In this document: positions 46,324-59,788 of the stretch, in pieces
How the letters are laid out: each line of letters begins with the position of its first letter
How positions within the stretch are numbered: the stretch's first letter is position 1
NCBI GenBank assembly: GCA_036676495.1
Contig: JAKFCT010000059.1
Location: 39,476-103,475 of the forward strand
Source of the DNA: Candidatus Sericytochromatia bacterium
Lineage (GTDB): Bacteria > Cyanobacteriota > Sericytochromatia > S15B-MN24 > UBA4093
Reading direction: 5' to 3'
Length of the DNA stretch: 64,000 nucleotides
Notes under the pieces: model-generated
The model's database searches: none
Told to the model about the DNA's origin: nothing
What the model saw: only the letters and a program-made list of their open reading frames with translations
Translations under genes and position numbers: made by a program

Positions 46324-47400
46324 ATGCGAGCTCTCGGCAGGGCGGGAGTCTGGGGGCTCACCGCCGTTGGCGCCACCCTCGCCATCCGGATGCTTCGCGA
46401 CCGCCGGCGCGCGTCCCTGGACGATCAGGTGGTGCTCATCACCGGAGGATCGCGGGGACTTGGCCTCTTGATGGCGCATGCGTTCGCGCGCGAAGGCTGC
46501 CGGCTCGCCATCTGCGCCCGGGACCCCCTGGAGCTCGAGCGGGCGCGCGACGCGCTGCAGCGCCGGGGCGCCGAGGTGCTCGCCGTCCCATGCGACGTGT
46601 CCCGCCAGGATCAGGTGGAACGGATGGTCGCCGCGGTCGAGGAGCACTACGGCCGCATCGACGTCCTGGTCAACAACGCCGGGATCATCCAGGTCGGGCC
46701 GCTCGCGACCATGACCGCCCAGGATTTCGAGCAGATCATGGCCATCAACTTCTTCGGGGCGGTCTACACGACCCTGGCCGTGCTCCCGGGCATGCGCCGC
46801 CGGGGCTACGGCCGACTCGTGACCATCGATTCCATCGGGGGCCGGGTCGCCACTCCGCACCTCGTCCCTTACGATGCCTCCAAGTTCGCCCTGCGCGGCT
46901 TTTCGGAAGGCATTCGCACCGAGCTCGCCCAGGACGGAATTGGGGTGACGACGGTGCTTCCGGGGTTGATGCGCACCGGATCGCCGGTCAACGCGCTCTT
47001 CAAGGGGCGCAAGGAGGCGGAGTTCACGTGGTTCGCGATCGCGGACTCGCTGCCGCTGCTCTCCATGGATGCGCGCAAGGCTGCGGAACGCATCGTTCTG
47101 GCCTGCCGTCGCGGGGAGGCCGAGATTACCCTGACGGCGCGTGCCCGGATCATCGGGCTGCTGCATGACCTCGCTCCTCCGGTCGCCATGCAGCTGCTCA
47201 CGATCGCCAATCGCTACCTGCCGAAAGCCGATGGGGCCGATCGTGAGGCCGCGCGCGGCATGGACCTGGTGAGTCCGCTGGCTCCGTCCTGGCTGACCCA
47301 TTGGAGCAACGAAGCCGCCAAGCAGAACAATCAGTTTGGCGGTCAGCACCCTCCCAACCCGGCTCATGCCGAGCGAATCGGCCTCCGGCTCCCCGATTGA
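46324..47400 (+). CDS. SDR family oxidoreductase
   Basis: TGGSRGLG, NNAG, YDASK. Confidence 0.92.
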   Translation: MRALGRAGVWGLTAVGATLAIRMLRDRRRASLDDQVVLITGGSRGLGLLMAHAFAREGCRLAICARDPLELERARDALQRRGAEVLAVPCDVSRQDQVERMVAAVEEHYGRIDVLVNNAGIIQVGPLATMTAQDFEQIMAINFFGAVYTTLAVLPGMRRRGYGRLVTIDSIGGRVATPHLVPYDASKFALRGFSEGIRTELAQDGIGVTTVLPGLMRTGSPVNALFKGRKEAEFTWFAIADSLPLLSMDARKAAERIVLACRRGEAEITLTARARIIGLLHDLAPPVAMQLLTIANRYLPKADGADREAARGMDLVSPLAPSWLTHWSNEAAKQNNQFGGQHPPNPAHAERIGLRLPD

Positions 47401-47474
47401 GCGATCGCCAGCCTCTTGAGTCGCCGCACGAACCCCCTTCACACCTTTCTCCACGTTCAGGCCGCTAGATTGCC

Positions 47475-47510
47475 AAAAGGCCTCCGCCCCAAGCGGGACG
47501 GAGGCCTTTT
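47475..47510. terminator. Bidirectional intrinsic terminator
   Basis: AAAAGGCCTCCG...CGGAGGCCTTTT. Confidence 0.8.
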
Positions 47511-47523
47511 CGGTCTCAACGGT

Positions 47524-47943
47524 TTAGCGCTGACAGAGTTCCAGCAGCACTCCGCCGGTCGACTTCGGGTGGATGAAGGCGATCATCGCCCCACCGGCTC
47601 CCTTGCGGGGGGCCTCGTCGATGAGCTGGGCGCCCTCGGCCTTGAGCTTGGCCAGGGCTGCGGCCACGTCAGGGACTCCCAGGGCGACGTGGTGGATGCC
47701 TTCTCCCCGCTTCTCCAGGAACTTGGCCACCGGGCTCTCGGGGCTGGTCGGCTCGAGTAGCTCGATCCGGCTCTCGCCCACCGGGAAGACGGCCGTGCGA
47801 ACCTTCTGGTCCTCGACTTCCTCGATTTCGTGGAGTTCGAGCCCCAGCATGCCGGTGTAGAGGGGCAGGGCCGCTTCGATGGAGCGAACGGCGATGCCCA
47901 GGTGATCGATCTTGCCGATGGCGGCGAACTTGGGATCCAGCAT
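47524..47943 (-). CDS. mce: Methylmalonyl-CoA epimerase
   Basis: [36 protein letters not shown]. Confidence 0.93.
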   Translation of the reverse strand: MLDPKFAAIGKIDHLGIAVRSIEAALPLYTGMLGLELHEIEEVEDQKVRTAVFPVGESRIELLEPTSPESPVAKFLEKRGEGIHHVALGVPDVAAALAKLKAEGAQLIDEAPRKGAGGAMIAFIHPKSTGGVLLELCQR

Positions 47944-47945
47944 GG

Positions 47946-51358
<3,413 letters not shown>

Positions 51359-51590
51359 GGTGGATGTCCTATTCGCGGGCTGCGTCGTTGCAGCGGGTGC
51401 GCGTTTTCCTTGATCAAGAGGGACCTCGTCCCATGATACCAGGATAGCGGAGGGGTTCAGAAGCCCCGGGGCAATTTTTCTGGGGCGAGCGAGGGCTCGG
51501 GGCCTCGCAACCCTAGCCCGAATCCTGCCAAGGCCCCTTGGCCAAGTCGATCTCGGCAAGTCCGGGGCGCCGGCCCTATGCTGGGGGGCG

Positions 51591-51905
51591 ATGAAGCGAC
51601 ATGCAGGGCCGCGCCCAGCGGCCAGGTGGATGATGTTCTGGGCGTTGTTTCCGCTGCTGGGGGCCTGCGGCACGCTTCACAGCCTGCCGAGTCCTCCCGG
51701 ATCCGCGCGCGAGGCTCCGGCCCTTCCGGGGCCCTTCGAAAACTACGATCCGGCGCGCCCGCCGGCCTTCAAGCGTCCTCCGACCCCGAGCCCGCAGCCG
51801 ACTGCGCGCCCGGAGCGGGCGGACTCCGAGGATCCTCCCTTCGGGGGCGTGCTGCGACCGGGGCCGCCGCGCGGCCGCGCCGCGGAGGACCAGGTCGGAA
51901 CGTAA
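51591..51905 (+). CDS. Pro-rich small lipoprotein
   Basis: Lipobox LGAC; start uncertain (51591 or 51630). Confidence 0.55.
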   Translation: MKRHAGPRPAARWMMFWALFPLLGACGTLHSLPSPPGSAREAPALPGPFENYDPARPPAFKRPPTPSPQPTARPERADSEDPPFGGVLRPGPPRGRAAEDQVGT

Positions 51906-51943
51906 GCGGCCTCGGCCGCGCCACGGTTGGCGGAGGAGGCGAC

Positions 51944-52741
51944 ATGCGTCGGGGACTCGCCGGGGCCCTCGCGGGGGTCCTATGGGCGACGCCCGGTCAC
52001 GCCTTGGAGGCGACTTTTCGGCTGGGCGTCCCATACTTCGTAGATCCGGGGGTCGGGGGCCTCTTTCCCGGCGGACAGCGCCTGGGGGGAGGCGCGGAGT
52101 GGAGGGTTTCCGGCCCATGGAGCCTCTCGCTCGACTCCCACTGGCTCCATCAGGACTGGGGAACGACCCGTTACACCCTCTCGCTCACTCCCTTGCTCCT
52201 CCGGCACCGCCTCCCCCTGGGCCAAGCAGTCGACGCTCCTTACGTGACCGTCGGGCTCGGGGGAGCCGCGATGACCCTCTTCGGCGGAGACGAGGGCTTC
52301 CGGATCGGGCTGGGACCCGCCTTCGCCGCGGGCCTCGGGCTGCCCCTGGGAAAATTCATGTTCGCCCAGCTGGAGTTGCAGCAAGGAGCCATCCAGTCGA
52401 TTCGTTACGTCGGCTTCGGCTTGAGCCTCGGCATGCGCCTCGGAGCGCCCCCAGCGGCCGTGCCCATGCAGGCTGCAAAGCCCCCCCTGCCTCGCGGGCA
52501 ACTCTTGCGCCTGGGAACCGTCTCCCAGGTGGAGGGCGGACGCATCCACCTCGCGCTCGACGACCTTCCCTACCAGCTCCAGCCCGGAGACATCCTGGTC
52601 GTCTACTACCAGGATCGCCTGCCCATCAAGGTGGCGAAGGTCCGCATCGCGTCGGTCGACTCGGACGGACGCACCGCCACGGGGACCCTCTTGGCCGCAA
52701 CGGAGGCGATTCGCCGTGGGTACTTGCTGGGGACACTTTAG
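51944..52741 (+). CDS. Exported protein, small outer-membrane beta-barrel-like domain plus C-terminal beta domain
   Basis: RBS GGAGGAGG; signal peptide; APYVTVGLG, AAGLGL, FGLSLGMRL strands. Confidence 0.65.
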   Translation: MRRGLAGALAGVLWATPGHALEATFRLGVPYFVDPGVGGLFPGGQRLGGGAEWRVSGPWSLSLDSHWLHQDWGTTRYTLSLTPLLLRHRLPLGQAVDAPYVTVGLGGAAMTLFGGDEGFRIGLGPAFAAGLGLPLGKFMFAQLELQQGAIQSIRYVGFGLSLGMRLGAPPAAVPMQAAKPPLPRGQLLRLGTVSQVEGGRIHLALDDLPYQLQPGDILVVYYQDRLPIKVAKVRIASVDSDGRTATGTLLAATEAIRRGYLLGTL

Positions 52742-54341
52742 TCCCCTCCTGATCCTGCTTGCCACCTCCCCGCCCGCCTGGGCGGCGGGGCAGCTCGTCC
52801 TGGAAAGCACGCCGTCCGGAGCTTCGGTCATCCTGGACGGCAAGCGTATCGGGCAAACTCCCCTGGTTCACGAGGGCCTTCCCGCCGGAACCCACCCGAT
52901 CACCCTTTCCCGACCGGGTTACGCGCCCATGCAACTCCTGGTGACCCTCCAGGACGATCTCACCACCCGTCACCGCGTCGCCTTGAGGCCGCAGCCCAGC
53001 ATTCCGGCTGGCGAAATGCTGATCGAAAGCATGCCGACAGGAGCCGACGTCTACCTGAACGGTCGCTGGATCGGTCGAACTCCGCTCCACACTCCCGCAG
53101 CCGCCGGCGACCATCGCCTCGCCCTCCGGCTCCCCGGTCACGAGGCCGTGGCTCGAACCGTCAGGGTCGTCTCGGATCTGACGACCTCGCAACGGATCAG
53201 GCTCGTGGCGATCGCCCCCGAACCCCTATCGCCCGTTGCCGTGCGCCCGACCCCGACTCCGGTTCGAGCACCGACTCCGGCCCCTACACCGCCACCGAGT
53301 GCGCCGCCCCTCCCGACCCCCGCTCCCAGCCTTCCTCCGACCGTCATTCCGACCGTCATTCCGACCGTCACTCCTCCCCCCTCCTGGGCCCCCCTACCCA
53401 CCCCCAGGCCAACCTTCCAACCCAGTGCCGGGCCTGCCGCCCCTGGCCGAGTGGCCCCACCAACCCCATCCCCGTCCGAGCATCCGCCTAGGGTTCCCCG
53501 AGACCTCGAGCGCGAGGGGACTCTCGCGTCGCCCCTGCCAAAGACGCATCGCGCGGCACCCACCGCAACGCATAGACCGTCTTCGCTTCCGGTTTCCGCG
53601 CAGCCTTCGCCACGTGAGCCCCGCTCGGCGACACTTTCCCTCCCGTCCCTTCCGCCTCTTTCCTGGGACGCCCTCGTCGACCGCCTCCGGCATACCGGCT
53701 TCACCCTCATGATGCTGGGCTTCGTGGCCACGCTCGGGCGGGCGATCTGGCGCCAGCGCGGTCGACCGCTCGATTGGCAGCCGGATATCCCGTCACTGAG
53801 TTTCCGCCCGCTTCAACCGATTACCGGGGACAGCGCCTACCTGGCGGCAAAGGCCACCCTCGACGCGATCCACCGGATGCAGGCCGGGGATCTTCCCCAG
53901 GCCCTCGCGGATCTGCGGGAAGCCTATCGGCGATTGCCGTGCGGCGAGTCCGCTTATAACCTCGCGCGGGGCTGGGAACTCGCAGGCATGCCGGACTGGG
54001 CTGAGATTGCCTATCGCACCGCCCTCCAGCACGATCCCGACCTGTGCGAGGCGGGCTTCAACCTCGCGGGCCTGCTCGCGGCGACAGAAAAGCCTCTGGA
54101 GGCCCTCTTGCTCTACCGGATGCTGAAGGGGCGTCATCCCGAGGACGGGGCGATCGCCTTCAACCACGGAAACCTCCTCGCGACGCTCGGCATGCTCGGT
54201 CCCGCCCGCGACGAGCTGCGCCGGGCGGCCCGACTTCTGCCCGCGGACCCTGCGCCGCGGGCGAATCTGCGGATCGTAAAGCGGCGGAAACGGGCGCAGT
54301 TCTGGGCGCGGACGTTGCTTTGGGCGCGGCGGGCGCGGTAG
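52716..54341 (+). CDS. PEGA-domain membrane protein with Pro-rich linker and TPR repeats
   Basis: Two ES-x-P-x-GA-x-V-x-L-x-G...IG-x-TPL PEGA units; TM; AYNLA/AGFNLA/AFNHG TPRs. Confidence 0.8.
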   Translation: MGTCWGHFSPLLILLATSPPAWAAGQLVLESTPSGASVILDGKRIGQTPLVHEGLPAGTHPITLSRPGYAPMQLLVTLQDDLTTRHRVALRPQPSIPAGEMLIESMPTGADVYLNGRWIGRTPLHTPAAAGDHRLALRLPGHEAVARTVRVVSDLTTSQRIRLVAIAPEPLSPVAVRPTPTPVRAPTPAPTPPPSAPPLPTPAPSLPPTVIPTVIPTVTPPPSWAPLPTPRPTFQPSAGPAAPGRVAPPTPSPSEHPPRVPRDLEREGTLASPLPKTHRAAPTATHRPSSLPVSAQPSPREPRSATLSLPSLPPLSWDALVDRLRHTGFTLMMLGFVATLGRAIWRQRGRPLDWQPDIPSLSFRPLQPITGDSAYLAAKATLDAIHRMQAGDLPQALADLREAYRRLPCGESAYNLARGWELAGMPDWAEIAYRTALQHDPDLCEAGFNLAGLLAATEKPLEALLLYRMLKGRHPEDGAIAFNHGNLLATLGMLGPARDELRRAARLLPADPAPRANLRIVKRRKRAQFWARTLLWARRAR

Positions 54342-54350
54342 CATGACCGC

Positions 54351-55508
54351 ATGTCGACGATTGATCAAGCCAGCCTCTCTCCGGAGGCCTTTTCCGTCCC
54401 TTTGTTGAACTGGTTTCGTGCCGAGCGCCGGGCCATGCCCTGGCGGGAGACGCGCGATCCTTACTTCATCTGGGTCTCCGAGGTCATGCTCCAGCAGACC
54501 CAGGTCGCCACGGTCATCCCGTTCTACGAGCGCTTCATATCGCGCTTTCCGACGATCCAGGCCCTGGCAGAGGCCCCGCTGGACGATCTGCTGAAGCACT
54601 GGGAAGGGCTTGGCTACTACTCGCGGGCGCGTAACCTCCAGAAGGCGGCCCAACAGGTGGTTTCCGAGCATGGCGGGGTCTTCCCGCGGGATTACTCCGC
54701 GATCCGGGCGCTTTCGGGGATCGGGGATTACACGGCGGGGGCGATCGCCTCGATCGCCTTCAACGAGCCGCGCCCCGCGGTGGACGGGAACGTCCTACGG
54801 GTCTTCTCGCGCTGGTTCCGCATCTCTGACGACGTCACCAAGCCCCAGACCAAGCGGAACTTCGAGGCGCTCGCCGTCCGCCTCATCCCCGAGGGTCATG
54901 CTTGGGAATACAACCAGGCGCTCATGGAGTTGGGGGCGCTGATCTGCGCGCCGCGACGGCCGCGCTGCGCCGCTTGCCCGGTGAGAGAGGCCTGCCAGGC
55001 CCAGCGCCACGGGGATCCCGAGGCGTATCCGGTCAAGACGAAGAAGGCGCCTCCGCGTCCCGTGGACTTTGCGGTGGCGGTCCTGACGTCGGGCGACCTC
55101 GTCTGGATCACCCGCAGGCCTGCCGAAGGCTTGCTGGGGGGACTCTGGGAGTTTCCGACGTTTCCGCTCGCGGAGGGTGCGGATGCGGTGCAGGTCCTCG
55201 AGGCAGGCCTGCGGCTCGGCACCGTGAGCCTGGGCTCCGTGAGCCTGGGCTCCGCGAACCTGGGCGACGTGCAAGCCGAAGGCCTGGACTGGGCGCCGCT
55301 TTGCACGGTTCAGCATACTTATACGCACATGAAGGCCACGATGCAGGTCTTGCGGGCCGAAGTGCCGCGTGACCTCCGCATGCCCGGAGACGACGATCGG
55401 CGCTGGGTGCCGGTCGGGGACCTCGGGTCCTACGCCTTCTCCAACGCCAATCAAAAGATCCGGGCGGCCCTCGACGACCGCCCCTTGTTCAGGTTACCGA
55501 AAGGCTAA
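54351..55508 (+). CDS. mutY: A/G-specific adenine glycosylase
   Basis: WVSEVMLQQTQV, WEGLGYYSRARNL, VDGNVLRV, C-x6-C-x2-C-x5-C, GGLWEFP. Confidence 0.96.
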   Translation: MSTIDQASLSPEAFSVPLLNWFRAERRAMPWRETRDPYFIWVSEVMLQQTQVATVIPFYERFISRFPTIQALAEAPLDDLLKHWEGLGYYSRARNLQKAAQQVVSEHGGVFPRDYSAIRALSGIGDYTAGAIASIAFNEPRPAVDGNVLRVFSRWFRISDDVTKPQTKRNFEALAVRLIPEGHAWEYNQALMELGALICAPRRPRCAACPVREACQAQRHGDPEAYPVKTKKAPPRPVDFAVAVLTSGDLVWITRRPAEGLLGGLWEFPTFPLAEGADAVQVLEAGLRLGTVSLGSVSLGSANLGDVQAEGLDWAPLCTVQHTYTHMKATMQVLRAEVPRDLRMPGDDDRRWVPVGDLGSYAFSNANQKIRAALDDRPLFRLPKG

Positions 55509-55513
55509 ATCGC

Positions 55514-55786
55514 CTAGCGCTTCTTTTCGTCCTGCTCGGCGGCGGCCAGCTCGGCGCGAACGGCCATCTGGGCCGCGATGTAGCCGGCGAGCATGCCGTC
55601 CTCGAACTGGAACCGGTTATCGGCCTCCAGCTTCACGAAGTCATGCGGGTTCAGCAGGTCGTCTCCACCGATCGCGGGGTAGTGCTCCCGGGCGATGCTC
55701 AGGAGCTTCTTGCGCTGATGCATGACCATCTCGTCGAAGAGCCGGTCGAATTTCTCTCGGAGGGTGATGTCGATTGAGCTTTGCAT
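55514..55786 (-). CDS. Hypothetical protein (90 aa)
   Basis: RBS GAGGA; DDLLNPHDF...FQFEDGMLAGY motif-like segment. Confidence 0.75.
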   Translation of the reverse strand: MQSSIDITLREKFDRLFDEMVMHQRKKLLSIAREHYPAIGGDDLLNPHDFVKLEADNRFQFEDGMLAGYIAAQMAVRAELAAAEQDEKKR

Positions 55787-55898
55787 GGGGCGATTCCTCA
55801 TTGGCCGTGCGTTTGGGACGCTATGCCGATCCTATCACGAATCCAAGCGGGTGTTGGCGCCCCGCTGGTAGAATGAAGCCGACGAAAGAGGAGTCGTG

Positions 55899-56705
55899 AT
55901 GCCTGAATTGCCTGAAGTCGAAACCATCCGTACCGATCTGGAGCCCTTGCTGGTCGGTCGAACGCTCGCCGAGGTCGACCTCCGGGTCGAGCCCGAGTTT
56001 CGGGCGCGCTACGTGGCCCTCGACCAGGCCGTGGGACGGCGCGTGATGGCGCTGCGTCGGCGCGGCAAGTACCTGCTGGCCGATCTCGCGGACCGCGAGC
56101 TCATCGTGCATCTCGGCATGACCGGGCAAGTCGGGGTGAAACTCGCAGACCCCGGCCTCAAGCACCTGCGGGTCACGTTCACGCTCGATGACGGTGCGGT
56201 CTTCTTCTTCGCGGACCAGCGGAGATTCGGCAAGATCCATGTGGTCACGCCCGGCGATTACGCGGCGATGCCGACCCTGGCGGAGATGGGCCCGGAGCCC
56301 CTGGGGCCTGATTTCCGGTTCGAGCCGTTCGCCGCCGCGATGAGCCACGTGAAGAACGTCAAGGCCGCCCTACTCAGCCAGAAGCCGGTGTCGGGCCTGG
56401 GCAACATCTACGTCGACGAGGCCCTGCACCTGGCGAGGCTGCATCCCGAGCGGGGCAACCTCACGCGCGCCGAGGCGAAGCGCCTCTACGCGGCCATTCC
56501 CGAGGTCCTCTCCACCGGGATTCGCAACCGGGGCACCACCTTCAAGGATTACCGGGACGGCATGGGGAACTACGGGACCAACCAGGACTTCTTGTCGGTC
56601 TACGACCGCGAGGGAGAGCCCTGCCGGACTTGCCAGACACCGATTCTCAAGCTGAGGGTCGCCCAGCGGGGGACTTACTTCTGCCCACGTTGCCAGCGGC
56701 CTTGA
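55899..56705 (+). CDS. mutM: Formamidopyrimidine-DNA glycosylase
   Basis: MPELPEVET, RRGKY, HLGMTG, GLGNIYVDE, CRTC...RGTYFCPRCQ. Confidence 0.97.
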   Translation: MPELPEVETIRTDLEPLLVGRTLAEVDLRVEPEFRARYVALDQAVGRRVMALRRRGKYLLADLADRELIVHLGMTGQVGVKLADPGLKHLRVTFTLDDGAVFFFADQRRFGKIHVVTPGDYAAMPTLAEMGPEPLGPDFRFEPFAAAMSHVKNVKAALLSQKPVSGLGNIYVDEALHLARLHPERGNLTRAEAKRLYAAIPEVLSTGIRNRGTTFKDYRDGMGNYGTNQDFLSVYDREGEPCRTCQTPILKLRVAQRGTYFCPRCQRP

Positions 56706-56808
56706 ACCCGCGTCCCTGAGGGCGCGTTCGAGGGGGCGTCACGCCTGACGCCCTCGGGCCCGGATGGTAAGATGAGGGCGCTTCCTCGCTCCTATCTGGA
56801 GGTTCGCC

Positions 56809-59655
56809 GTGGCCCGAACGCGCGTCTTCATGCTTTCCGCCGCCCTGGTGCTCAGCTCGCTTGGCCTGCCGGGAGTCGCGGCTCCCAAGGCCAAGCCTCC
56901 GGCGAAAGCCCCTGCGAAGCCCCCGCTGAACGTCGCCATCATCTGGCACCAGCACCAGCCGAAGTACCCCAAGGAGCCGGGGACCAATATCTACGCGATG
57001 CCCTGGGTGCGCATGCATGCGGCCAAGGACTACGTGGACATGGCGGCGATCTCCGAGGCCTACCCCTCCCTCCGGATGACCTTCAACCTCACTCCGGTCC
57101 TGCTCGAGCAGGTCCTCGACTACACCAAGGGAGCCTCCGACCGGGCCTTCATCGTCGCCCAGAAACCGGCCTTGGCCCTGGATGCCGACGACAAGGACTA
57201 CCTGGCGGCCAAGTTCTTCGACGTCACCGAGGTGATGATGAAGCGCTACCCTGCGTACGCCGCCCTGAAGGCCAAGCCGCGGAAGTCCTACACCACCCAG
57301 GACTGGCGCGACCTGCAGGTCTGGTTCAACCTGGCCTGGCTGGATCCCGACGTGCTGGCCCAGGAGCCGTTCGACGAGCTGTTGCGGAGGGGGAAGGGCT
57401 TCACCGAGAACGACAAGGCCCGGGTCCTCAATCAGCACCTGGCCATGCTCAAGGAGATCGTGCCGCTTCACCGCCGACTCCAGGACAAGGGGCTGATCGA
57501 GGTTTCGACCACCCCGTACTTCCATCCCATCTTGCCGTTGATTCATGATTCCGACTCCGCCAGGGAGGCCATGCCGGGCTCCCTTCTGCCGCTCGCGCGA
57601 TTCCAGCAGCCGGACGATGCCCGGCAGCACGTTCAGTTGGCCACCCGGAACTACCAGCAGCTCTTCGGGCGAGCGCCGCGCGGCATGTGGCCCGGGGAAG
57701 GATCCGTCGGCCAGGCGGTGGCTCCCATCTTCAAGGAGGAGCGCATCACCTGGATCGCGTCGGATGAGGAGGTGCTGGCCAACTCCATCGGCGCGACGCT
57801 GCGCCAGGGCGATCGCCTCACGCGCCCCGACGTGCTCTATCGCCCTTACCAGATCAAGGACGGTCCCGCGATCCTCTTCCGAGATCGCCGTCTTTCGGAC
57901 GACATCGGCTTTCGCTACTCCAAGATGAGCGGCAAAGCCGCCGCCGCGGATCTCCTAGGCAAGCTAAAGCGCGCCTGGGACGCGGCCCCGGCGCATGCAC
58001 CGAGCCTCGTGACCATCGTGCTGGACGGAGAGAACGCCTGGGAGAATTATCCGGACGACGGCAAGGAGTTCTTTCACGCCTTGTACAAGGGTCTGACGAC
58101 CTCGAACTGGGTGAAGACGGTCACTCCCAGCGAGTACTTGTCGCGCCACCAGGCCGTTCCGCTGCCTCATCTCTGGGCGGGCTCGTGGATCGGCGGGGAT
58201 TTCGCCACCTGGATCGGCGAGGACGAGGAGAATCGGGCCTGGGACCTGTTGGAGGCGGCCCGTGATGCGCTCGACCGCTATCGCTTGCGGCATGGCGCGA
58301 ACCCGAAGTTCGAGAAGGCCCGCCGGATCTTGCTGGCGGCCCAGGGCAGCGATTGGTTCTGGTGGTACGGCAAGGACCAGGAGTCGGGTCGTGACGAGGA
58401 GTTCGACGCGGCGTTCCGGGGTCTGCTGAAGGAAGCGTACGCCCTGATGGGGGAGAAGGCTCCCCCGGTGCTGGATCTTCCCATCGTTCACGTGGCGACC
58501 GCGGTCGACCGCGAGCCTTTGGCCCTCCTGAAGCCTCCGCTGGATGGAAAGCTGGGGCCCGCCTGGGAGTCTGCCGGCCGCATCAACGCGGTGGGAGGCG
58601 CCATGGCCGAGAGCCAGCGCCTCTTCGAGGCCTTGCGTTACGGCTGGGACGAAACAGCGCTCTACTTGGCCTTCGAGTATGCCAAGAAGCCCGTCCCCTT
58701 GGAGCTGCACGTCGGGTTGCCGGCGCGCCCGGATGCGAAGCTGAGCGCGCCCATCCCTTTCGCGAGCCAGTACCGCATCTCCGTGGATCCCGCGTCACGC
58801 CGGGCGGTGCTGCATCAGGGCGATCGCCCCATCAGCAGGCTCGACATGGCCGTCGGCCCTCATCATGTGGAGCTTGCGCTTCCCTGGAAGGCCGTTTCAG
58901 CCGAGCGCGGGGAGTCCGTCTTGCTGGCGGCCTCGGCGGCCGGCACGGTATTTCCCGCCCGCCCGTTGAAGCTGGCGGCTCCGCCTCCGTCGGGGCCCGT
59001 GCTCGTGAGCTTCGAGGATGCAGAGGGGGACGTGCTCGGCTCCGGCAAGCTGATTCCCCCGAAGAACCCGGTCTTCAAGCTAAGCAACTTGGACCTGCGC
59101 GGCGTGGACATCGGGGAGTCGGGCAGTGACTGGGTCTTCACGTTCCGGCTGGGGGAGATTGCGAACCCCTGGAACGCTCCGAGCGGCTTGAGCCTCGCCA
59201 CGTTGGACCTTTACCTCGCGACCGAGGAGAAGGTGGGTGATCCCGCTCCGTTGCTGCCGGGGCGCCGCGCCAAGGCGGGCGCTCCCTGGACCCATGCCCT
59301 CTGGATCGAAGGGTGGCAGAGCGGCCTCTACGGGGGCGACGGGCAAAAGATCACCGAGGTCCGGACGGTCGTCGATCCCTTGAGCCGCCGGGTCGTGGCC
59401 ACCGTGCCCAAGACCCTGCTTCCGGGCCATCCGCGAGACTGGAAGTACCTGGCCTTCGCCATGGCGCAGGACGGGTTCGCCTTGGGGCGGGTCCGCACCT
59501 TGACCTCCCGGCATGACTACGAGCATTTCAGCGGGAACGCGGCGCCGATTCTCGACCTGATGGCGGAAGGCGACGATCAGAAGCGCCTCTTGAGCCCCAT
59601 CGCCGACAAGACGATCCTGCCGTTGCGGGCCGCTCCGCCCGCTACGCCGCGCTGA
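56809..59655 (+). CDS. Exported GH57 amylopullulanase-like enzyme with C-terminal glucodextranase/DOMON-like domain
   Basis: Signal peptide; WHQHQP, PWVRMH, PYFHPILPL, GMWPGEG, LDGENAWE, GSDWFWW, NPWNAPSG. Confidence 0.92.
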   Translation: MARTRVFMLSAALVLSSLGLPGVAAPKAKPPAKAPAKPPLNVAIIWHQHQPKYPKEPGTNIYAMPWVRMHAAKDYVDMAAISEAYPSLRMTFNLTPVLLEQVLDYTKGASDRAFIVAQKPALALDADDKDYLAAKFFDVTEVMMKRYPAYAALKAKPRKSYTTQDWRDLQVWFNLAWLDPDVLAQEPFDELLRRGKGFTENDKARVLNQHLAMLKEIVPLHRRLQDKGLIEVSTTPYFHPILPLIHDSDSAREAMPGSLLPLARFQQPDDARQHVQLATRNYQQLFGRAPRGMWPGEGSVGQAVAPIFKEERITWIASDEEVLANSIGATLRQGDRLTRPDVLYRPYQIKDGPAILFRDRRLSDDIGFRYSKMSGKAAAADLLGKLKRAWDAAPAHAPSLVTIVLDGENAWENYPDDGKEFFHALYKGLTTSNWVKTVTPSEYLSRHQAVPLPHLWAGSWIGGDFATWIGEDEENRAWDLLEAARDALDRYRLRHGANPKFEKARRILLAAQGSDWFWWYGKDQESGRDEEFDAAFRGLLKEAYALMGEKAPPVLDLPIVHVATAVDREPLALLKPPLDGKLGPAWESAGRINAVGGAMAESQRLFEALRYGWDETALYLAFEYAKKPVPLELHVGLPARPDAKLSAPIPFASQYRISVDPASRRAVLHQGDRPISRLDMAVGPHHVELALPWKAVSAERGESVLLAASAAGTVFPARPLKLAAPPPSGPVLVSFEDAEGDVLGSGKLIPPKNPVFKLSNLDLRGVDIGESGSDWVFTFRLGEIANPWNAPSGLSLATLDLYLATEEKVGDPAPLLPGRRAKAGAPWTHALWIEGWQSGLYGGDGQKITEVRTVVDPLSRRVVATVPKTLLPGHPRDWKYLAFAMAQDGFALGRVRTLTSRHDYEHFSGNAAPILDLMAEGDDQKRLLSPIADKTILPLRAAPPATPR

Positions 59656-59672
59656 GCGCCGGCAGCGAGTGC

Positions 59673-59717
59673 AAAAAGGCCCCCGCTGCTTCGCCATTGA
59701 AGCGGCGGGGGCCTTTT
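59673..59717. terminator. Bidirectional intrinsic terminator
   Basis: AAAAAGGCCCCCGCTGCTTC...GAAGCGGCGGGGGCCTTTT. Confidence 0.85.
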
Positions 59718-59788
59718 CGGGAAGCTAAACACCAGTGGCGTGGCGCAGGCGTTTCTACCTGCGCGGGCGCGGAGGCCCGCGCCACCCG

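Noticed and set aside
51359-51673. N-terminal extension of the biotin carboxylase (689 aa in the track)
   Set aside because: The family start MLSKVLIANRGE is at 51358; the extension covers a promoter region and a divergent gene
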